From contig CAYQZQ010000001.1 in assembly GCA_964422035.1 (NCBI GenBank), positions 377,013-441,012 of the forward strand: a DNA stretch of 64,000 nucleotides, given 5' to 3'. This stretch comes from an uncultured Pseudomonadales bacterium (lineage in GTDB: Bacteria; Patescibacteriota; Microgenomatia; UBA1400; Chazhemtobacteraceae). Positions 8,126-17,103 of this stretch are shown piece after piece (the stretch's first letter is position 1; every line of letters starts with the position of its first letter). A program made the position numbers and the translations under genes. The notes below the pieces were generated by a model. The model searched no databases. It was not told the origin of the DNA and worked only from the letters and a program-made list of their open reading frames with translations.

Positions 8126-11100
8126 TCAAGAAATGAAGAGCAGGTAGACTAGCGCACTAAAGGATAGAGTAATTATGATCGCCCACCAGTATCGAGCCAG
8201 AAAACCTTGTTGTGATGTCTGAGTATCTTGCTGATCAGTGGCTTGATCTGTTTCTGTTTGAGAAGTGGTATCTTGATCGTTTTGATCGGCTTGATCTTGA
8301 GTATCTTTTTGATCTTCTGCACCAAGGATTTGCCCGCCGGTACCAGTACTGCCAACATAGTCAAAACCTTCGATGAATTGCTCTTCACTAACCGGCTGGC
8401 CTTGTGGAGCAGTTTGGACTTGAGGTTTGTCACCAACCAAATCTGACTTATTGCCGGCAGGATCAATGTTTTGCATTAGATAGAAGTATTCTTGGTCAGG
8501 CTGAGGAATAGCGTTCTCCCAAGAGTCAGCGGTGTCAGCAGTAACATCCAAGGCAGCTATAAGATTGCCAGTGCCGGCATCAAAACCTTCTTGGTCTGAG
8601 CGGTAGATGTAAACTTTGTAGGATTGGTCATGATCTGGGTTGCGCCATTGAAGTCTGTAAGTTTGTGGTCCAATTTTGGCTTTGGAGTAGCTGTTAGGAG
8701 CAGGAGGTGGAGTGCGGTCAACAGTAGTGGAAGTCTCGTCAAAGGCAGAGTTACCGGCGTTGTCGTAGGCGGTAGTTTTAAAGTAGAACTTAGCTTCCTC
8801 ATTAATTTCAGAGGAGGTAATTTGATAGGTCTTGGAGTGGGCGGTAAACTCATCTAGAGTTTGCCAGCCTTCACCTTCTTTGTGGTACTCAAGAATAACT
8901 TTATCTAGCCCTGAGCCGCCAGCGTCTAAAGCTGAATACGAGATCTTAAAGTTATCGGTTTTTTTGTATTCAGGTAAGTTGACAATGTCTATACTAGGAG
9001 CAGTATTGTCAACGGCTAAAACTGGAGTGGAAAGGCCAGCAAAGATACCGATAACTAAGAGAAGACCTAAGAGTTTTGCAAAGAATTTTTTATCGATTAA
9101 CCTGAGTAAAAGGCCACCGAAGATAAGAGCAATGCTTAAGATTAACCAGCGGGTAGCGGAGCCGGTAGCGGCACCCAGGACCTCACCTTCGGTGCTGGCA
9201 CCTAAGACATCACCTTCATCTATGTCCAGTGAGCCGCCGACCCCGAAGGATGAACCGATAGTGAAGGGATCAATTACTGTGTCTGATTCATAAATCTCTT
9301 CGTTTCCTCCCAGACCAGAGGCGATGGCGATATTGGTATGCTCTCCGTCAATTACGGAGGTGATTTTGATTTCAAAATTAAGCGTAAATGTTTCACCAGG
9401 CTGGATATCTCCAATGGACCATTGATATGGATTTTCTCCTCCTCCAGTTGGAGTGACTGTCTGAGTGGAGTCATCGGGTGCAGTAACAGTGCCCTGATTG
9501 TCAATAATTTCAAAATGATCAAAGGGAGGCTGGGTATCATCGATTACTACATCATAGGCGGGACCTTGACCGTTGTTGGTAACCTCTAGGGTGTACAAAA
9601 TGGTATCACCTACCCCTAAGGTTTCCCCTTTACGATCATTGGTCTTAGTCAGGACTAACTCGGGTGGAGCGTAGTTGCCAAAGAGTCTTTCTGGTATATC
9701 ATCACCAGATGTGACTTTTAGGATATAACTTCCATCGGCCTGGTGGCCTTCACCTCCATAATCAGCGTTCGGCCTGGTTTGGATCCAGCCTTTTTGCAAT
9801 ACTTCGCTGATAATATAGGTGCCAGCGGTAAGACCAGTGAAGTCGGCATTGCCACTCTCATCAGTGACAAGTTCACAATACTCTCCATTAACATTTCCAT
9901 CAGGACACTCTGGAGGAGATTCGCTATCTTGCTTGTCTAAACGGATAGTCCAACCAGATAGATATTCTTCTTCTCCTGAATCATACATATGACTTTCATT
10001 TTGATCGTTGAATTTACGAGTTTCTATAGTTACTAGGGTAAAATTGCCAAAATCAGCTGTTTTTTCATCTCCACCTTCCAAGACAACGGTGTGACATTGA
10101 TTTTCTCCTCCAGGATAGGTTTGGATAACATCACCATTGATTGACTCACATACCTGGTATTCTCCGGGTGGGAGTTGGAAGGAGTAGTTACCTTGCGCGC
10201 CAGTTAAAGTATTGGCCGTATTCTCTTCTCCTTCCCCGGGAATGAAAATATTCCATTCAGGCACACCCGGTTCCCCTTCTTCTCTTTGACCATTACCATT
10301 TAAATCATCCCATTTGACACCCTTGATATAGCCGTAATCGATGTTGCCGAATTTGAGCCAGCCATTTTTCTGGCCAGATTCGGTAATTTGGCTGTGCCAA
10401 CAAACCGGTCCTTCTTGTTCTTTGTTGGGTGATTCATTGGCTACAGCGGTGCCGGTACCGGTTTCTATTCCGTCATTATCAATAGCTTCAGAGCCTTCAT
10501 TTGGCCCAGTTTGAGTCCAATCTTGCTGGCTAACTTCGCAGACGTAATAATCACCAGGAGTTAAGTTTTCAAAACGGAATTGGCCTGGATTGTCGGTCTC
10601 GCCAGTAATTGACTGACCCTGGACTCCTTGACCAGGGCCTCCGCTTGCCTTGTAAAGTCGTACTGTCCAACCATCTAATCTTTCTTCAGTTTCATTCTGG
10701 TGAATACCATCGGTGTTGACATCGTAATATTTTCTGCCTTGAATAACACCGAGTTCAAAGTTGCCAAACTGTACCCACCCCCTGTCTTCTGCTGAGGTGA
10801 GGGTAACCTGATGGCAGTAAGTGCCATTTTGATGCATTGGTCCGGTACTGGGTTCTGTTTGCATCCAGCCTGATTGTGGAGTTTCGCAAACATAGTAGGT
10901 GCCTGGAACCACGTTTTCAAAACGGAATTGACCTTTGTCTACATCTCCAGCGGTGGTGCTGTCGTCACCGGTTGTCATACTATCAATAAAGCTCCAGTCG
11001 TCGTTATATAAAGTAATCTGCCAGTCGTTCAAGCGATTTTGGTCGATTCTTTCATCTTCTTCAAAGTCGCCGCTGGCATCAACATCGTTGTATTTTCTGC

Positions 11101-14100
11101 CTTGGATACTGGCATATTGAGTATTTACAAAATCATTTTTTTCACTATCTTCGCCTGCTTGAAGCTCCAGATCTTTTTGTGTTGATGTTAAACTCTTCCA
11201 ATTATCTCTGGTCTCTTCCATGAGGCGATAAAGTCCAGCGACTAAGCCACCGAAATGGAAATAACCGTTCTCATCAGTATGGGTTGAGTTATGAAGAGAG
11301 CATTCACCTTGACTTAAGCATTGATAGAGGTCTATCTGCCAACCCAACACTTTAGTTTGATCTTGATCGGTATCAAGACTGCCATCTTGATCTTCTAGCT
11401 TGTAGCCAGAGATGGAACCGAGGCGGTTGCCAAAATCTTTTTCTATTGGCTGCTCTATAGTTACTTGGACATCGTAGTAGCTAGGGGCTGATGGCTGGGT
11501 TTGCTTCCAACCAGTTTGAAGAATCTCAAGTACCTGATATTCGCCAGGTAGGACCTTAGCTTGATAGTAACCATCTTGATCGGTGGTATAGATTTGATCG
11601 GTGACGTCGTAGATACGGACGGTTAACTGGCCCTGATTGTCGGCATACCATGAGGAGGGGTTGGAGCCGGCGTTATCTTGATCAAAGATTCTGAAGTTAG
11701 CGGTGGAACCCTCACCTTTAATAACTGTCTTGTATAAGTGTGGTGAGTTGTAGCCGCCCCAGACAACATCTTGATCATTGATGACTAGATCAAGTTGTCT
11801 GTCTCCCCGGGTAGGATCATCGGCCATATCAAGCTGAGTGCTCCAAGAATCATCAGAGTAGTATTCGGCATCTACCTGGCGGAATTCTTTATTGGTCCAC
11901 TGCCCTTCTACTTCAATTAAATAGTAGCGGCCGTCTATTAGAGTCTTGGAGCTGTCTTGCCCATTCATATCAGCACTATCTACCTGGAGAGATTCAAAGG
12001 ACTTTTGCTGTTGGGGATGGACTACAATCTGCCAACCTTGGATACCAGGCTCTCCTTGATCTCTGAAACCATCTCCGTCAGCGTCGTTGTATTTGTAGCC
12101 GGATACTTGACCTTTTTGTAAGGCGTTAAAAGCGACACAGTGATAGGTTTCTCCGTATTGAGGATTATTAATCCATTCCCAGTTATCATAGTGGAAGACG
12201 TCACTGTTGCAGTAGAACTCGGAGCTGTAATCATTTTGATCATCTCCACTGAAAGGAATTAGAGGGGAATAACTGTCAGGAAAGACTTCTCTTACCTCAA
12301 TTCTGCTGCCGATTTTATCAAGATTGGAAATCTCTACAGTTTCATGGCTTGCAAAAGTCTGCCATGGATGGCTTAAGAGATCAGTGCTAGTTTCAGTTTG
12401 TTGACTACCCGCTCCTTTAGGTCCCCACTGAAATTGCCACATAGGCTCAATGGAACAACTGGAATGACTGTCGACCCAGTCTTGGGCGGTTGTAGCGGTA
12501 ATATTTGGACCACCTGTTCCCCAGTTGGGTAGGTCGCTTTCCTCTTCACAGACTACTTTAGTAGCTTGGAGTTTAACCGGCGGCTGACATTCGTAGACGT
12601 CAAGCTCTAGTTCACCTTCATTATCACTCATACCACCTTGGTCATCCCAATCGGTACCAAACCAATGATCGTAGCGGTCACCGATTAAGAACTGAACATC
12701 AGAACCGTTTGAGTAGAAGTGTTTAGTATAAACATGTTCTTGATTGTATGGCCCCCAATCTACTACTCCAACATTGCCGGTACCCCAATCACTTAACAAA
12801 GCGTGGGCGGCAAAATCTGAAGTATATGAACCACCGTACAAAGCTTGAAGACCAATATTTGGTTTTAAGTTGGTCCAGCCGTCAATTGAGGTGTAGCCGG
12901 CATCGGCACCAGCCTGTTCTTTGCTGCTGGGAGTAAAAGTGCCTGAAGCTTCTAGTAGATAGTCTTTTCCGGATTCAAAAATGGAAAGCATTATACCGCC
13001 AGGGTCGGTGGAGAAGACGGTGAAAGGTTCTTGATTTACTTTAATCGGATTGGTGCCTGTGGGACACTGGTGCTGACCATCATAGATTGGAACCAGCTGA
13101 CAAGATTGAGTACAGAAGTTTTGACCAGAAATGGTGCCATCTTGACCATCACATTGCTCCTCTGCTTCTTTTATTCCGTTACCGCAAACAGGTAATGGTT
13201 CAGGTTCTCTAGGTTCACAAACTTGCCAAACGGCATCGATAGCATCGATGTCATAGCCATCAGCATTATTAGCATGGAGAGAATAATCGGTGATATCAGT
13301 TAAACGGACATATTGTATCCATGACCAATTGTTCAAACTGGCGATATCTAACAAGCCAACCCCATTACCACCATCTTTGTTGGTAACTTGACCTAAATAC
13401 TGCCAGTTAGTTCCATCTTGACTAACTTCCACCTTGGCTTTTTCAAATGGATATGAGGTTCTTCCGTTGATTATTTCATGGAAAGATAGATCGTGAGCCT
13501 CTTGGTCGATAACTGGATGGACAAATTTAACAGTTAGATCGCCTTCTACTCCGAGGCTAAAAAATTGACTATCTGGGGAACCGAGGGCTGAGTCTGGATT
13601 GGTACGTTCAGAGCTAACAAAGGAGCCATCTTTTCTGGTTCCTTGGTCTGACAAGATAAATTCATCTGCCCAGGCTTTACCTGGGGTACACATTTCTTCA
13701 CACTCATAATCGACAACTTTTATCCAGGTGAAAGCTACTTGGCCGTATTTATCAAAACTACCCCACTCATCATCTAATGATGTAATGGTAATAGTTTGAA
13801 CCCCTGAATAATCACTAACATCAAAGCTGTGAGTTTTCCACTCTTCACTTCCTCCAGTTTCTCCAGAATCAAGCCAGCGATATACAAGATCATTACCAAT
13901 TTTAACTTCAAAAGAATCAGCACCAGAAATACCATCTAAAGCTCGCAGTCGCAGTTCTTTAAGAGGAGAATTGCCAAAATCCAAGATTAGGCTGGCTGAA
14001 GGATCTCCGTCTGGCTCGTAAACAACTTTACAGTTACCATCTTCACAAGGAGTGCCACTTCCCCAGTTTCCACCACTAGCATCAGGCTCAACTGGTCCCC

Positions 14101-15076
14101 AGCCGTTTAAGTTGTATCCTGATTCACTTGTTTCGTCTCCGATGTTGACATAATCAGTTGATTGGTTAGCATAAATTGGATCTCCACAGGCTAATGGTTC
14201 TCCAGAGATATCTTCGAGATCTGGTTGTGTTTTGTGAAATGAGACGTGGGAGATATCTTGACACTCATCACCTTCAGAAACAGTAGCAGTTTGGGTGTTT
14301 AAGCCGGATACATCATGACATGTATCATCCGAAGGTACGTTTACTTTGGTTTGGCCGTACTTAATACAAACTTGATCAATAATATAACCTTGATCAGTAG
14401 TATGTGATTTGCTGGTATCTGAATCAGTCAATTCAAATTTCTGCCAGTCACCACCATGAGGACAGACATTGTTGTCAGTAAAAGTAGTAGAAGCTACCAA
14501 AACTCCACCTAACAAAATCTCAACTAAATAATCAGGTCGATATGTTCCATCTAACTGATAGGAATAAAATAAACCACCGTCTGAGTCGGTGGTTACTTGA
14601 ACTTCATCTCTTACTTTAGGCTCGTCTTGGGAGCTGACTACTAAAGTATAAGTAGTATCTGGTTGATAGTCAGAGCCGGTAATGATAACTGTTTCGCTGG
14701 GAGTATAGTCATCTTTATCAGTATCTAAAGAGGGGTTTAGTTGGGCACTGGATTGACTGTTAGGAGAGTCTTTAAGATCCGGCTGAGTTTGGGGAGTGGG
14801 AGTTGGAGTGGGAGTAACTTCAACTGATTGAGTTGTAGTAACTTCAGGCTCTTTTGTGGGAGTTGGAGTTGGAGTTGGAGTGGGAGTAGTTTCGGTTACT
14901 TCAATGGTTGGGGTGGGAGTGGGGGTAGTTTCTTGGGTAGGTGTAGGGGTTGGTTCACTAGCATATGCACGTGAGGCTAAAATAGGAGAAAGAGTGGAGT
15001 TTAAGATCAAGACACCAGAGAGAGTATAGGAGATAAAGCGGTGCAGGCTTTGGCGCTGTCTTTTGTTGAATATCAA
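8126..15076 (-). CDS. giant (2316 aa) cell-surface adhesin-like protein: signal peptide, PT-linker, multiple SdrD-B/Cna-B-type repeats, DUF11-like domain, internal TM hairpin, Ig-like domains, C-terminal '..FLARYWW'-TM anchor
   Basis: Signal peptide 'ILNSTLSPILASRAYA'. There are long TPTPTPT linkers. Repeats such as 'GYKYNDADGDGFRDQGEPGIQGWQIVV' and 'IQGRKYYDVNTDGIHQNETEERLDGWTVRLY' are Cna-B/SdrD-B-like. 'LVLTKTNDRKGETLGVGDTILYTLEVTNNGQGPAYDVVIDD' is DUF11-like. The C-terminus is 'SQQGFLARYWWAIIITLSFSALVYLLFIS'. Confidence 0.85.
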   Translation of the reverse strand: MIFNKRQRQSLHRFISYTLSGVLILNSTLSPILASRAYASEPTPTPTQETTPTPTPTIEVTETTPTPTPTPTPTKEPEVTTTQSVEVTPTPTPTPQTQPDLKDSPNSQSSAQLNPSLDTDKDDYTPSETVIITGSDYQPDTTYTLVVSSQDEPKVRDEVQVTTDSDGGLFYSYQLDGTYRPDYLVEILLGGVLVASTTFTDNNVCPHGGDWQKFELTDSDTSKSHTTDQGYIIDQVCIKYGQTKVNVPSDDTCHDVSGLNTQTATVSEGDECQDISHVSFHKTQPDLEDISGEPLACGDPIYANQSTDYVNIGDETSESGYNLNGWGPVEPDASGGNWGSGTPCEDGNCKVVYEPDGDPSASLILDFGNSPLKELRLRALDGISGADSFEVKIGNDLVYRWLDSGETGGSEEWKTHSFDVSDYSGVQTITITSLDDEWGSFDKYGQVAFTWIKVVDYECEEMCTPGKAWADEFILSDQGTRKDGSFVSSERTNPDSALGSPDSQFFSLGVEGDLTVKFVHPVIDQEAHDLSFHEIINGRTSYPFEKAKVEVSQDGTNWQYLGQVTNKDGGNGVGLLDIASLNNWSWIQYVRLTDITDYSLHANNADGYDIDAIDAVWQVCEPREPEPLPVCGNGIKEAEEQCDGQDGTISGQNFCTQSCQLVPIYDGQHQCPTGTNPIKVNQEPFTVFSTDPGGIMLSIFESGKDYLLEASGTFTPSSKEQAGADAGYTSIDGWTNLKPNIGLQALYGGSYTSDFAAHALLSDWGTGNVGVVDWGPYNQEHVYTKHFYSNGSDVQFLIGDRYDHWFGTDWDDQGGMSDNEGELELDVYECQPPVKLQATKVVCEEESDLPNWGTGGPNITATTAQDWVDSHSSCSIEPMWQFQWGPKGAGSQQTETSTDLLSHPWQTFASHETVEISNLDKIGSRIEVREVFPDSYSPLIPFSGDDQNDYSSEFYCNSDVFHYDNWEWINNPQYGETYHCVAFNALQKGQVSGYKYNDADGDGFRDQGEPGIQGWQIVVHPQQQKSFESLQVDSADMNGQDSSKTLIDGRYYLIEVEGQWTNKEFRQVDAEYYSDDSWSTQLDMADDPTRGDRQLDLVINDQDVVWGGYNSPHLYKTVIKGEGSTANFRIFDQDNAGSNPSSWYADNQGQLTVRIYDVTDQIYTTDQDGYYQAKVLPGEYQVLEILQTGWKQTQPSAPSYYDVQVTIEQPIEKDFGNRLGSISGYKLEDQDGSLDTDQDQTKVLGWQIDLYQCLSQGECSLHNSTHTDENGYFHFGGLVAGLYRLMEETRDNWKSLTSTQKDLELQAGEDSEKNDFVNTQYASIQGRKYNDVDASGDFEEDERIDQNRLNDWQITLYNDDWSFIDSMTTGDDSTTAGDVDKGQFRFENVVPGTYYVCETPQSGWMQTEPSTGPMHQNGTYCHQVTLTSAEDRGWVQFGNFELGVIQGRKYYDVNTDGIHQNETEERLDGWTVRLYKASGGPGQGVQGQSITGETDNPGQFRFENLTPGDYYVCEVSQQDWTQTGPNEGSEAIDNDGIETGTGTAVANESPNKEQEGPVCWHSQITESGQKNGWLKFGNIDYGYIKGVKWDDLNGNGQREEGEPGVPEWNIFIPGEGEENTANTLTGAQGNYSFQLPPGEYQVCESINGDVIQTYPGGENQCHTVVLEGGDEKTADFGNFTLVTIETRKFNDQNESHMYDSGEEEYLSGWTIRLDKQDSESPPECPDGNVNGEYCELVTDESGNADFTGLTAGTYIISEVLQKGWIQTRPNADYGGEGHQADGSYILKVTSGDDIPERLFGNYAPPELVLTKTNDRKGETLGVGDTILYTLEVTNNGQGPAYDVVIDDTQPPFDHFEIIDNQGTVTAPDDSTQTVTPTGGGENPYQWSIGDIQPGETFTLNFEIKITSVIDGEHTNIAIASGLGGNEEIYESDTVIDPFTIGSSFGVGGSLDIDEGDVLGASTEGEVLGAATGSATRWLILSIALIFGGLLLRLIDKKFFAKLLGLLLVIGIFAGLSTPVLAVDNTAPSIDIVNLPEYKKTDNFKISYSALDAGGSGLDKVILEYHKEGEGWQTLDEFTAHSKTYQITSSEINEEAKFYFKTTAYDNAGNSAFDETSTTVDRTPPPAPNSYSKAKIGPQTYRLQWRNPDHDQSYKVYIYRSDQEGFDAGTGNLIAALDVTADTADSWENAIPQPDQEYFYLMQNIDPAGNKSDLVGDKPQVQTAPQGQPVSEEQFIEGFDYVGSTGTGGQILGAEDQKDTQDQADQNDQDTTSQTETDQATDQQDTQTSQQGFLARYWWAIIITLSFSALVYLLFIS

Positions 15077-15147
15077 GCTTATAACCTTTCTTAAGCTGAT
15101 AATAATATTATAGGTGGCATTTTAGACAATTTTTCTGATTATTGCAA

Positions 15148-15807
15148 CTATTTGTCAACAAATTCAGCAAAAACTAATAATCTTTTGAGGGTAGTTCCAG
15201 GCGGAGAGCAAGTTTGAAGAATTAAGACGTTTCCAGTGGTATTTCTTACATACATAGAGACTTCTTCTGGAGCGACTACCTGTTTATCAACCACTCTATA
15301 GTCATATTGGAGTTTATTGAAAAAGATATGGATTTCATCGCCTTTTTCAAGTTTTCGCAACAGAAAGAAGGGAGCGTTGTAGCTTCTGATGTTGGCAAAA
15401 GAATCGGTAGAGTGACCAAAGATAAAAACGGGGCCGGCCTGATCAGGTAGAGAGCTGTTTTGTGCATGGGCAGCACCGTTCTCCTGCAGGACAGGTAGAT
15501 ACTCCTGTTTGTCGGATGAGTCGATGTTGGGAGCAACTTTGGTATTAATACCGATCTTGGGGACGATAAGGGAAAACTTATAATCTTTGGGGACTAGAGC
15601 TTTTTTTTGCAGTTGATAGTCAAAATCAGAGATGCTGTTGGCTTGTGAGGGCTTGATGATTACATGAGTATCATTATCAGTTAACTGATTTAATCGATAA
15701 TCGACCTCTTGGTTGATAACAGGAAAAAAGATCTTGAAAAGTATGGCAAAACCAATCAAAAAGATAAGCGTACCAACAAAATTGAGATGACGTGTAATGT
15801 AGCCCAC
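15148..15807 (-). CDS. sortase-family transpeptidase (membrane-anchored)
   Basis: N-terminal TM segment. His motif 'VFIFGHSTD', Cys motif 'VLILQTCSPPG' and a downstream Arg ('TLKRLLVFAEF') fit the sortase His-Cys-Arg triad spacing. It lies immediately upstream of the giant surface protein on the same strand. Confidence 0.7.
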   Translation of the reverse strand: MGYITRHLNFVGTLIFLIGFAILFKIFFPVINQEVDYRLNQLTDNDTHVIIKPSQANSISDFDYQLQKKALVPKDYKFSLIVPKIGINTKVAPNIDSSDKQEYLPVLQENGAAHAQNSSLPDQAGPVFIFGHSTDSFANIRSYNAPFFLLRKLEKGDEIHIFFNKLQYDYRVVDKQVVAPEEVSMYVRNTTGNVLILQTCSPPGTTLKRLLVFAEFVDK

Positions 15808-15911
15808 TAATTTTGATTATATATAGAAGAGAAAAAAATGAAAGTAGAAATACATAGAAAAACCTTTCTTTTGGGAAATTTAATCACAGTGTAGTATTTG
15901 TGCCAGGGAGA

Positions 15912-16565
15912 TTAGTTAGTTTTATGGTGAAACAGGCTTTTGAGTCGATTATGGATGAGGGTGAAAATATAGAAACAAGTTTGGTAAAGAATGGTCAAAT
16001 CTTTTTTTAGGGAGGCGTTTTGCAGGTAGTCAAGATCCATATTCATCCATTGATTGAAACTGACAGAATGGGGACCTTTAGCAACCCAAGTACTGGTAAT
16101 GCCCGGTTTGATGAGGTGGCGCAGTTTTTGATTAGCTGTGAGTTGGTTGGCTTCTTGAATAGGTAAGGGGCGGGGGCCGACCAAGTTCATATTGCCCCTT
16201 AATACATTAAATAGTTGCGGGAGTTCATCGAGGCCGGTTTTGGAAAGAATTTTACCAAAAGAAGTAAAACGGGGATCGTTTCTGGCTTTGAAAACCGGGC
16301 CGTCAGCAAAGTTGAGGTGTTGGTACTTTTTTTGTAGCTGGTGAGAATCGGGATGCATGGTGCGAAATTTGTAGATTTTAAAAGGCTGATTATCTTTACC
16401 GGTGCGTTTTTGGGTAAAAAGAATGGGGCCGTTGGAGGTGAGTTTTATTAGACTGGAAATAAAAATTGAAAGTGGAAACAAAATAATTATTAGTATTATT
16501 GTGAGAAAATAATTAAGGATGACTTTTGTCAATGAATACGAGTATGAGTTGGGTTTGATTTTCAT
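15912..16565 (-). CDS. phosphoglycosyl transferase, bacterial sugar-transferase (PglC/WbaP C-terminal domain) family
   Basis: Single N-terminal TM segment followed by 'PILFTQKRTGKDNQPFKIYKFRTM...LDELPQLFNVLRGNMNLVGPRPL', the Bac_transf signature. Confidence 0.9.
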   Translation of the reverse strand: MKIKPNSYSYSLTKVILNYFLTIILIIILFPLSIFISSLIKLTSNGPILFTQKRTGKDNQPFKIYKFRTMHPDSHQLQKKYQHLNFADGPVFKARNDPRFTSFGKILSKTGLDELPQLFNVLRGNMNLVGPRPLPIQEANQLTANQKLRHLIKPGITSTWVAKGPHSVSFNQWMNMDLDYLQNASLKKDLTILYQTCFYIFTLIHNRLKSLFHHKTN

Positions 16566-16584
16566 AAGAATCCAGTGATATCCG

Positions 16585-17037
16585 TTAATTTGAGGGTTTT
16601 AGATATATGATTTGGAGCTCATTTTTTTTTGCAACTAGATGTTCCTGCTTGGCTCCTTGTGATTGCTTCCATCCTGGGGTCATAAATATGTGAGAGATGT
16701 ACTTTTGAGGATGACCAATGAGTTCTTTCCAGAAATTGTTCCAGTTTTGCGTTGTGAGATTTTGGGCGTTGATCTGTTCGAATATTTTTTGACTGAAGAT
16801 GTCTGTGGCAGAAAATATGGGATAGTTATGCTTCCGGCGCAATTCAGTCGTGTACTTCTCTAGCATCTTTAAGTTTTTACTGATGTGCTGAGGGCCGTTG
16901 GAGGTGATAATTCCTGATACATAGCCAATATTTTGATATTCATTTTTTCTTAATTGCCTGAATAACTTGAATAGGTTTTTCTTTATGTCTTCGAGGTCGA
17001 TGGAGTGCTGTATTGCGTTCTGTATGACTGTTTGCAT
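16585..17037 (-). CDS. hypothetical protein, possibly DUF4406/nucleoside-2-deoxyribosyltransferase-like
   Basis: 'IGYVSGIITSNGP' resembles the DUF4406 N-terminal motif. The similarity is weak. Confidence 0.3.
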   Translation of the reverse strand: MQTVIQNAIQHSIDLEDIKKNLFKLFRQLRKNEYQNIGYVSGIITSNGPQHISKNLKMLEKYTTELRRKHNYPIFSATDIFSQKIFEQINAQNLTTQNWNNFWKELIGHPQKYISHIFMTPGWKQSQGAKQEHLVAKKNELQIIYLKPSN

Positions 17038-17103
17038 ATTTGTAATATATCAGATTTTCAGTTTAGTTTTGATGTTGATAAATGTATAATGGCGGTTATG
17101 GAA

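Noticed and set aside
8173-12936. Numerous 60-150-aa ORFs on both strands inside the giant adhesin gene (e.g. 8832..9293, 8557..8853, 9338..9589, 10675..10920, 12022..12249)
   Set aside because: They are shadows of a 6.9-kb continuous ORF with clear domain content. The PT-repeat coding region generates alternative-frame ORFs by chance.
8126-15076. PT/TPTPTP-encoding stretches considered as possible CRISPR-like or tandem DNA repeat arrays
   Set aside because: The repeats are short codon-level (acn-ccn) repeats inside coding sequence. There are no direct repeats of 25-40 nt with unique spacers. No cas genes in the window.
17005-17103. N-terminal 33 codons of the IMPDH-family ORF as given by the ORF track
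   Set aside because: The extension is Cys/Leu-rich and non-homologous. It overlaps the divergent upstream gene start and contains the likely -10 box (TATAAT 17083-17090). The start was moved to ~17104.
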